A DNA stretch of 33,308 nucleotides from assembly GCA_025058915.1 (NCBI GenBank), contig JANXEC010000002.1, positions 1 through 33,308 of the forward strand, written 5' to 3'. The notes below the pieces were generated by a model that saw only the letters and a program-made list of their open reading frames with translations, ran no database searches and was not told the DNA's origin. Positions 6,973-13,711 of this stretch are shown here, piece by piece (positions within the stretch are counted from its first letter, which is position 1; each line of letters starts with the position of its first letter). The position numbers were made by a program, and so were the translations under genes. This DNA is from Candidatus Micrarchaeota archaeon. GTDB taxonomy: Archaea; Micrarchaeota; Micrarchaeia; Anstonellales; J096.

Positions 6973-8136
6973 ATGCGAAGAGTGGCTGTTATAGGAATAG
7001 GTATAACGAAGTTCGGTGAACATTGGGATAGGAGTCTTAGGGATCTTGCACTTGAGGCTGGTATAAAGGCAATTACAGATGCGGGATTGGAAGGCGAAAA
7101 AATAGATGCTGGATATTTAGGGAACATGGCTGCTGGTAATTTTGCCATGCAGGAACACCTAGGTGCTCTGCTTGCAGACGAGTTGGGATTGAATCCAATC
7201 CCTGTCACCAGAGTAGAAGCAGCATGCGCCTCCGGTGCAGTAGCATTCAGACAGGCATACATGGCAGTAGCCTCTGGAGTTCATGATATAGTTGTAGCAG
7301 GAGGTGTTGAGAAGATGACTGATCTAGATACGGAGACAGTCACTAAGATACTCTCTGCTGCAGGGGATCAGGAATGGGAAGCCTTTCAGGGAGCAACATT
7401 TCCTGCTCTGTATGCACTGATGATGAGAGCATACATGATTAAGTATGGTGCCAAAGAGGAGGATTTTGCATACATAGCAGTGAAGAATCATAGACATGCT
7501 AAGAATGTGGAATACGCCCAATTCAGAAATGAGATCACTGTAGAACAGGTCATGGAGTCTAAATATGTAGCAGAACCTATCAAAGTCCTAGATTCATCTC
7601 CGATCACAGATGGAGCAGCAGCAGTGATACTTGCTCCTCTAGAGATTGCATATTCGTATACTTCAGAACCTGTAGAGGTACTAGCAAGTGCACAGGCCTC
7701 TGATACAATAGCACTCCATAGTAGGGAAGATATCACATTTCTGAGAGCAACCAGAATCGCTGCTGATAGGGCATATAGGCAGGCAAACATAACACCGTCT
7801 CAAATAGATGTGGCAGAGGTACATGATGCATTCACAATAGGTGAGGTTCTAGCTCTAGAGGGACTTGGGATATTTGATAGAGGTACTGCATATAGAGCTG
7901 CAAGAGAGAATCTAACAACATATGGAGGTCAGCTCGTTGTGAATCCTAGTGGAGGTCTTAAGGCTGCTGGTCATCCTGTAGGTGCAACAGGTATTAAACA
8001 GATATATGAAGTAGTACTACAACTGAGAGGCAAGGCAGGTAACAGACAGGTGAAAAATGCAAGTTATGGATTGACCAATAATGTAGGGGGTAGTGGTGCT
8101 ACATCAGTGGTTCATATATTTGGTAAGGTGTATTAA
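6973..8136 (+). CDS. Archaeal-type thiolase (acetyl-CoA C-acetyltransferase family)
   Basis: VAVIGIGITKFG N-terminus, nucleophile motif VEAACASGAVAF, NPSGGLKAAGHPVGATG (His) and C-terminal NNVGGSGAT. Confidence 0.85.
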   Translation: MRRVAVIGIGITKFGEHWDRSLRDLALEAGIKAITDAGLEGEKIDAGYLGNMAAGNFAMQEHLGALLADELGLNPIPVTRVEAACASGAVAFRQAYMAVASGVHDIVVAGGVEKMTDLDTETVTKILSAAGDQEWEAFQGATFPALYALMMRAYMIKYGAKEEDFAYIAVKNHRHAKNVEYAQFRNEITVEQVMESKYVAEPIKVLDSSPITDGAAAVILAPLEIAYSYTSEPVEVLASAQASDTIALHSREDITFLRATRIAADRAYRQANITPSQIDVAEVHDAFTIGEVLALEGLGIFDRGTAYRAARENLTTYGGQLVVNPSGGLKAAGHPVGATGIKQIYEVVLQLRGKAGNRQVKNASYGLTNNVGGSGATSVVHIFGKVY

Positions 8137-8139
8137 AGG

Positions 8140-8147
8140 TTTAAAAA
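8140..8147 (+). promoter_or_regulatory. TATA box TTTAAAAA for rpoK
   Basis: Context GGTTTAAAAAT. Centred about 27 nt upstream of ATG 8170. Confidence 0.45.
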
Positions 8148-8169
8148 TTTTCTTTCTGAAGTAATTAAC

Positions 8170-8325
8170 ATGAATAAATTTGTAAAGGCTAGGTTGATAG
8201 GTGCACGTGCTCTACAGATCTCTTGTGGGGCTCCTTCTATGATAGATGAGAAGGTAAGAGATTCTGTAGAGTTGAGTTATATTGAGTTCCAGAGATCCAA
8301 GATTCCTCTAGAGGTGAGAGAATGA
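8170..8325 (+). CDS. rpoK: DNA-directed RNA polymerase subunit K (Rpo6/RpoK), 51 aa
   Basis: Below the ORF-track size cutoff and found by hand. The sequence is MNKFVKARLIGARALQISCGAPSMIDEKVRDSVELSYIEFQRSKIPLEVRE. The R-x-IGARALQIS-x-GAP core and the K-IP-x-x-[VI]-R C-terminus are the RpoK/Rpb6 signature. Confidence 0.85.
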   Translation: MNKFVKARLIGARALQISCGAPSMIDEKVRDSVELSYIEFQRSKIPLEVRE

Positions 8326-9158
8326 TGAAATCTGTGTTTGTGTTAGTAGCTCTGGTATTGCTTTCAGGATGTATAGATCTAGGAGGAACAACTCAATCCA
8401 AGAGCTGCCAGACAGATGGAGAATGCAGATCATATCAGAGATGTGTTGATAACAAATGTGTTCTGAAACCAGGTGCATGTGAAGGTGACAAGGATTGTGA
8501 GTTCTATCAATCTTGTGACAGGAGATCTAATTCTTGTGTTCTGAAAGAAGGGTTCTGTGTAGATAACAATCAATGCAAGCTATTCCAATTCTGTAACTTG
8601 AGCACAAAGAGATGTCAAACCATCCAAGGCTTCTGTGAGAAGAATTCTGATTGTGCTGACTGGCAGACTTGTGATACTAAAACAAACAGATGTGTTGCAA
8701 AACCAGGTTACTGTAAAGATGACAAGGATTGTCAGGCCTGGGAGAGATGCAACAATCTAAATAGATGCCAACCTCTACCAGGAAGATGTAATATTGATTC
8801 TGATTGTAAATCCTATGAATCCTGTAGTAAGAGAGACAATACATGTGTACCTAAGAAAGGATATTGCAATGTAGATGGTGATTGTGAGAGTTGGGAATAT
8901 TGTTTGAACAACAGATGTAAGGTTCTACCTGGTAGATGCAATACTAATCAGGACTGTGCAGCTTGGGAGATATGTGATAGCAGGAAGAACATCTGTGAAT
9001 TGGCTCCTGGAAGATGTGTGTCGAATTCAAATTGTCAATCTTGGCAATACTGTGATATAGGTCAGAGGATGTGTAAACCAAAACCTGGAAGATGTGCATC
9101 ATCTCAGGATTGTAGGGAAGGTCAAGTATGCGATACGATGACGAACACTTGCAGGTAA
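8322..9158 (+). CDS. Secreted cysteine-rich repeat lipoprotein (10 tandem 4-Cys modules)
   Basis: Signal peptide with lipobox MMKSVFVLVALVLLSG|C. This is followed by 10 modules of 21-26 aa with the pattern C-x5-C-x5-C-x4-6-C-x3-PG-x. I count 41 Cys in 278 aa. ATGA overlap with rpoK. Confidence 0.8.
   Translation: MMKSVFVLVALVLLSGCIDLGGTTQSKSCQTDGECRSYQRCVDNKCVLKPGACEGDKDCEFYQSCDRRSNSCVLKEGFCVDNNQCKLFQFCNLSTKRCQTIQGFCEKNSDCADWQTCDTKTNRCVAKPGYCKDDKDCQAWERCNNLNRCQPLPGRCNIDSDCKSYESCSKRDNTCVPKKGYCNVDGDCESWEYCLNNRCKVLPGRCNTNQDCAAWEICDSRKNICELAPGRCVSNSNCQSWQYCDIGQRMCKPKPGRCASSQDCREGQVCDTMTNTCR
8406..9155 (+). repeat. Ten tandem, degenerate 72-78-nt coding repeats (protein-level 4-Cys modules)
   Basis: R1 is CQTDGECRSYQRCVDNKCVLKPGA, R4 is CEKNSDCADWQTCDTKTNRCVAKPGY and R10 is CASSQDCREGQVCDTMTNTCR. 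An aromatic residue (W/Y/F) followed by E/Q is conserved between Cys2 and Cys3 in 9 of 10 modules (R10 has G-Q). Confidence 0.8.
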
Positions 9159-9631
9159 AGACTCTGAATAGGAAGAGCATAGATCAGATAGTTGAATTTC
9201 TTGAGGAAGTAAAGGAACTAGAACTAGATGAGGATGAGATACAGGAGATCAAGGATATATTGATAGAGGGATATAGTTTTGGTGTGTATAGTAACAATAC
9301 TCTCTATGGAATAAGTATGATGTACGAATGTAGTTTTGATGGAATTCAGGTGCTGTTTGATAATGAACCTAATGCTCTGTCAGCAGAACCACATATTGAT
9401 TACTCATTTGAAGACACAGAGCTTCTGGAGAGAGTTATGTTCAGAGCCATGGATAGGATGGCTCTGGATAACAACTTTGATTTCATAGTCATACAATTGG
9501 CCAAGACAGTGAAAGAGATCAGAGACAGTCCTAGTGAATTGATCAGAGCTATAATAGTGAATGGATATAGATTTATAGAGTCTCCTGATGATGTGACAAT
9601 TGCCTATAAGGACTTGGGAGAGAGCCAATAA
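9128..9631 (+). CDS. Hypothetical acidic cytoplasmic protein (possibly a degenerate GNAT-like fold)
   Basis: The alternating strand/helix pattern and the NGYRFIES end resemble GNAT proteins, but the Q/R-x-x-G-x-G/A acetyl-CoA motif is absent. The start overlaps the upstream gene by 31 nt. Confidence 0.45.
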   Translation: MRYDDEHLQVKTLNRKSIDQIVEFLEEVKELELDEDEIQEIKDILIEGYSFGVYSNNTLYGISMMYECSFDGIQVLFDNEPNALSAEPHIDYSFEDTELLERVMFRAMDRMALDNNFDFIVIQLAKTVKEIRDSPSELIRAIIVNGYRFIESPDDVTIAYKDLGESQ

Positions 9632-10136
9632 TTTCTATATTTCTCAATTCTAACCTCTCTATATCATACAAGTATACTTTTATATTCACATTACTGAAAC
9701 GCTCCTTCAGTCTTCTGGCCAGACCAACTGCATTAGCTATTTCCAGATCCTGAATATCTCTTGCTCTATGTATGTTCTGAGATATGAGGTTATAGATGTG
9801 TGGGAATTCATGCATTAATCCTTGAGAATACACTCTCACTGCACCACAGCCTGTGTGTGCGATTATACAGATCTCCTGGATCTTAAGATGATTTACTGCG
9901 AATGTAAGTGTGTCTATTCCATAATCATCAAGTGCGTTCCCTGCGTTTCTTATTACAAAATTCTCCCCCAAGAATTCTCTCTTGAACATCTCTTCAGGTA
10001 TTCTAGAGTCAGAGCATGTTATTATTACTCTGCAAGGTCTCTGGCCGTCTCTGGCAAGTCTCTGTGCCAATAATATATCTCCCTCTCTTATGTGTTTCAG
10101 ATTGTATTCGAAATTATTCTTTATATCATTACACAC
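9573..10136 (-). CDS. Beta-class carbonic anhydrase
   Basis: Zinc-ligand motifs ITCSDSRIP (C-x-D-x-R) and IIAHTGCGAV (H-x-x-C). The start codon is GTG at 10136. The 3' end overlaps the convergent gene by 59 nt. Confidence 0.8.
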   Translation of the reverse strand: MCNDIKNNFEYNLKHIREGDILLAQRLARDGQRPCRVIITCSDSRIPEEMFKREFLGENFVIRNAGNALDDYGIDTLTFAVNHLKIQEICIIAHTGCGAVRVYSQGLMHEFPHIYNLISQNIHRARDIQDLEIANAVGLARRLKERFSNVNIKVYLYDIERLELRNIEIIGSLPSPYRQLSHHQETL

Positions 10137-10161
10137 GTTTTACTAAAATTATTCGCATAGG

Positions 10162-10169
10162 TTTAAAAA
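10162..10169. promoter_or_regulatory. Single TTTAAAAA box in the 56-bp divergent region, possibly serving both the carbonic anhydrase and malic enzyme genes
   Basis: The centre lies about 27 nt from ATG 10193 (+) and about 29 nt from GTG 10136 (-). I see no second A/T box at a suitable distance. Confidence 0.4.
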
Positions 10170-10192
10170 CTAAACTCTACCAAAATTCAGAC

Positions 10193-11260
10193 ATGTCAAA
10201 AATCAGAATAGAGTTAAATGTATCACTCAATAGTAGAGAGGATCTATCCTTGCATTACACCCCTGGAGTTGGAAAGATTGTGGAGGAATTGAGCAGAGAC
10301 AGGAGCAAGGTATTTGATCTGACATACAGAGGTGATTTTGTGGCTATTCTATCTAATGGTACCTCTGTGCTTGGATATGGTAATTTAGGACCTGTCCCGA
10401 TGATGCCTGTTCTCGAGGGTAAATCTCTCATACTGAGAAGGTTTGGTAGAGTAAACCCAATTCCAATATCAATCAGAGGTAATCACAGAGATATCTATGA
10501 TATAGCAATGAGAATACAAGATAATTATTCACTCATAATGATAGAGGATGTTGCTGGACCTGAATGTATTGAATTACATGAAATGCTTAACAGAGATCTA
10601 GAGATTCCTACATTCAACGATGATATGTTTGGTAGTGCTATTATCACTCTATCAACTCTCAAGAGAGCAATCCATATACTAGGCAAGGATGATCCTAAAG
10701 TGATTGTGTATGGTGCTGGTGCTGCAGGCCTGACAGTATCTAAATACCTGAGAGCAATACAAATAAATAGGGTAATAGTTTTTGATTCCAAAGGATCATT
10801 GAGCAAGAGCAGAACTGATATGAATGAATATAAGAAGGAGATTGCAGAGATGTACGATATCAAAGATGTATCACTGAAAGAGGCTCTCAAGGGAGCTGAT
10901 GTATTTATAGGCTTCTCCAGAGGAAATGTCATACATAGGGATCATGTTAGATTGATGAACAGAGATGCAGTGGTTTTTGCATTAGCGAATCCAATTCCTG
11001 AGATAGATGAGAGAGAGGCAATGTCTGCAGGAAATGTCAGGATATATGCAAATGGTAGGAGTGATAATAAGAATCAGATCAACAATTCATTAGTTTTCCC
11101 ATCGTTAGTTTCATACATGGCACTCAGGAGAGTTAAATTAGATGACAGACTGATTGAGAGAGCGATTGATATAATATATAGATACAACACAGATAGACTT
11201 GTTCCAGATATGTTTGATATGGGATTTCATGAGTATCTCTTCAGGTCACTTAGCATGTGA
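10193..11260 (+). CDS. NAD(P)-dependent malic enzyme (short prokaryotic type, divergent)
   Basis: LHYTPGVG, PVLEGKSL, IEDVAGPEC, FNDDMFGSA (canonical HDDQHGTA), VYGAGAAG, VFALANPIPEI, GRSDNKNQINNSLVFP. The track ORF starts at TTG/GTG 10016, but that extension crosses the divergent promoter. ATG 10193 is preferred. Confidence 0.8.
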   Translation: MSKIRIELNVSLNSREDLSLHYTPGVGKIVEELSRDRSKVFDLTYRGDFVAILSNGTSVLGYGNLGPVPMMPVLEGKSLILRRFGRVNPIPISIRGNHRDIYDIAMRIQDNYSLIMIEDVAGPECIELHEMLNRDLEIPTFNDDMFGSAIITLSTLKRAIHILGKDDPKVIVYGAGAAGLTVSKYLRAIQINRVIVFDSKGSLSKSRTDMNEYKKEIAEMYDIKDVSLKEALKGADVFIGFSRGNVIHRDHVRLMNRDAVVFALANPIPEIDEREAMSAGNVRIYANGRSDNKNQINNSLVFPSLVSYMALRRVKLDDRLIERAIDIIYRYNTDRLVPDMFDMGFHEYLFRSLSM

Positions 11261-12863
11261 AAATATACTCTTGTGGTCTGTCCTTCCTTACATAACCGAC
11301 TCTGGATAGATAGAGTCTCTCCTCGGTTTCGTACTTCTTTGGGATTATGCCTGTGATTGTTTCCATGGAATTAGGATTCAGCTCCTCGCCTAGCATAAGT
11401 TCATGGGGAATTTTTAGAGTCACTTCCAGAGGCTTGTCTATCCAATCCGTAGGAGGTAGGTTGGAATCGGTCTGGTATGAGATGTATTCATCACCGACTC
11501 TCTTCACTGTCCCTAATCCCCTGAGGTTCATTATCTCAGACAATTCTTTCTCATCTATATACAATTCTCCTTCCCAGTAGAATCTATCTGAATTCTTCTC
11601 TTTCAGTATCCTGGTGTGTATTTTCACAGGGTTCTTTATGAAAGATACTCTGGGTATATTCCTGTCTCTATCTAAGAATTCTCTATTGATCTGCAGTAAC
11701 ATACCCCATTCCACTTCAGTCTCCTGCTTCCCAGGGCCTAGTCTAGATACAAATTCCCTGATTGCTTTTGGTAATATTCCTCTCCTCCTGAGTGCTCTGA
11801 CAGTAGTCAGTCTGGGATCATCCCATCCTTCGACTATATTTTTCTCTACGAGTTCTCTGATCTTCCGCTTGGATGTAACACTACCTTTTATCTCCAGCCT
11901 AGAGAAGTGTATTAGGAATATATCCCTTAATCCTAGATCTCTGAGTATAGAGTAATACAGCTCAGTTCTGAGTTCATACTCTTTAGATCTCAAAGCGTAA
12001 TTTACCATCTCTATACTATCTAAGATAGGTGTGGCAAAATCATATGTAGGCCAGAACCTGTATTTGTTCCCGTGTCTATAATGGGGATGATCGACTACTC
12101 TGAACATTGTGGGGTCTCTCATTGTTGTGTTCGGAGATTTTAGATCTCCTTTGTATAAAGCAACTATCTCTCCCTCTCTGTATTCCCCATCTATGGCTGC
12201 TCTAAACATATCCAAGTTCTGTTCTGTAGAATTGTTCCTGTCACTCACTGGTAATCCACTTCTCCTCATCTCTGCTATTTCATCCTGTGAGGCCGTGGTT
12301 AGGTAGATCTTATCCATTTTTATTAGTTTCTCTGCATGTTCATACAGAACATCCATATAATCCGAGGAATGTGTAACAGAACTATATTTTATGTTCAACC
12401 ACTGAATATCATCCATGATTGCATTTTCGTATTCCTGAGAAACCTTCTCAGGATTTGTATCATCGAATCTTATTATCAACTTTCCACCATACTTCTCTAG
12501 ATAGAATATATTCAAGAATACAGATTTGCAATGGCCTATGTGCATGTATCCAGATGGTTCTGGTGCAAATCTAAGAACCAGATACGAAGGGTTGTATGGT
12601 AGGTTATACCTCTTCTCGTCTCTTGTGTATTCCTGATAGTCATACTGATTAAATTCTTTCTCTGCCTCTCCAGGATCTAGAGTGTTGACACTATTTATTA
12701 TCTCATTCAGAATGGGTATTATATCTTTTACTCTACTCTTCAATTCAGGATGCTCATACAGTACCCAGCTGATGGTTGATTTCAGATCTGCCTTGCCATA
12801 TTCTATTCTGTTCTTCAGAGCCTGTTTTCTGAAGTCGTTGTAATATCTTTCTAGATCCTCCAT
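11250..12863 (-). CDS. gltX: Glutamyl-tRNA synthetase, archaeal/eukaryotic type
   Basis: RFAPEPSGYMHIGH (HIGH motif), the class I catalytic core, VTSKRKI in the KMSKS position and a C-terminal anticodon-binding beta-barrel region. The 537-aa length fits. Confidence 0.85.
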   Translation of the reverse strand: MEDLERYYNDFRKQALKNRIEYGKADLKSTISWVLYEHPELKSRVKDIIPILNEIINSVNTLDPGEAEKEFNQYDYQEYTRDEKRYNLPYNPSYLVLRFAPEPSGYMHIGHCKSVFLNIFYLEKYGGKLIIRFDDTNPEKVSQEYENAIMDDIQWLNIKYSSVTHSSDYMDVLYEHAEKLIKMDKIYLTTASQDEIAEMRRSGLPVSDRNNSTEQNLDMFRAAIDGEYREGEIVALYKGDLKSPNTTMRDPTMFRVVDHPHYRHGNKYRFWPTYDFATPILDSIEMVNYALRSKEYELRTELYYSILRDLGLRDIFLIHFSRLEIKGSVTSKRKIRELVEKNIVEGWDDPRLTTVRALRRRGILPKAIREFVSRLGPGKQETEVEWGMLLQINREFLDRDRNIPRVSFIKNPVKIHTRILKEKNSDRFYWEGELYIDEKELSEIMNLRGLGTVKRVGDEYISYQTDSNLPPTDWIDKPLEVTLKIPHELMLGEELNPNSMETITGIIPKKYETEERLYLSRVGYVRKDRPQEYIFTC

Positions 12864-12884
12864 GTGTGTTGTATCTTGGATTCG

Positions 12885-12893
12885 TTTTAAAAA
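12885..12893 (-). promoter_or_regulatory. TATA box (TTTTTAAAA on the minus strand) for gltX, overlapping the stop codon of the upstream gene
   Basis: Centred 26 nt upstream of the minus-strand ATG at 12863. It covers the TAA (12887-12889) of the 274-aa ORF. Confidence 0.45.
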
Positions 12894-13711
12894 TTCAGCT
12901 CTTCATATATCTTGTTCTTCTCCTCTCTGTTTAGAGACCGGAGAGAGAAGATCAGTAGTTTTGATAGAGATAGTGCCTGGTCTGTATCGTAGAATGCAAG
13001 AGATGATAGAAAAACCTGTTTGATCTGCTCTATCATACTATTCTTATTCTCATCGATTTTGCTCTGAATTGCAGGTATGCTTGTTCTGTTCATGAGTTTG
13101 GTCATCTCAACTATCTTCTTATCTATTCTGAATATTTCTTTGAATTTCTCCTTGATAATCTTGGGTAGAAGATTTGGATTGTAGCCTAGAGGAAATATAG
13201 AATTATACATCATATAACTTATCACTTCAGGAGAATATTTTAGATCGTTCTCTATAACAAACACCAATCCTTGGATCTTCATTATGTTATCTTCAACGTC
13301 ATCAGATTCAAACACATCATCAATCATCTTCTGTATCTGTGATTTCTCCAAAACTCTCCTCTTGGCTCTGAAATAATCATATATCAAATACACAAGAGGA
13401 TCATAGTCTCCAACTGCGTATGGTCTTACTTCATTCAGCAATACCTCTATGTAATCCTTGAGCTCTGGACTTTGCTGGATCCTGTCTAACAAGATATTCG
13501 CCTCCTGTATTGTTATTCTTAACTCTACAAGTATCTGAACAGCCCTCTTGATGTATTCCTGATCTAGATACCTCTGAAATAGTTTTATGTTTATGATCGC
13601 AAGATGTAGTTTATCTTCTTCTGTTAGATGCTTGGATTTTCTGAATGCATTCTCTGCTAATTGCAAATATCCATTAGCATACAACACCTTTGCAACTATA
13701 TTATATATCAT
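12887..13711 (-). CDS. All-helical hypothetical protein, third gene of the SMC-like ATPase operon
   Basis: No recognisable motifs and predicted to be helical. ATGA overlap with the upstream ATPase gene (13708-13711). Confidence 0.6.
   Translation of the reverse strand: MIYNIVAKVLYANGYLQLAENAFRKSKHLTEEDKLHLAIINIKLFQRYLDQEYIKRAVQILVELRITIQEANILLDRIQQSPELKDYIEVLLNEVRPYAVGDYDPLVYLIYDYFRAKRRVLEKSQIQKMIDDVFESDDVEDNIMKIQGLVFVIENDLKYSPEVISYMMYNSIFPLGYNPNLLPKIIKEKFKEIFRIDKKIVEMTKLMNRTSIPAIQSKIDENKNSMIEQIKQVFLSSLAFYDTDQALSLSKLLIFSLRSLNREEKNKIYEELNF

Noticed and set aside
6957-7790. Minus-strand ORFs 6957..7262, 7324..7521 and 7488..7790 (65-101 aa)
   Set aside because: All are antisense to the well-supported thiolase gene. 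They are Ala/Ser-rich shadows without motifs.
8406-9155. Periodic repeats of about 75 nt that could suggest a CRISPR array or satellite DNA
   Set aside because: The units are contiguous with no spacers and degenerate at the DNA level. They lie in one open frame with conserved Cys spacing, so this is protein-level repeat structure.
10016-10192. 59-codon N-terminal extension of the malic enzyme ORF (track start 10016)
   Set aside because: The extension overlaps the 5' end of the divergent carbonic anhydrase gene and reads through the TATA box. ATG 10193 sits at the canonical distance from the box, and homology begins right after it (LHYTPGVG).
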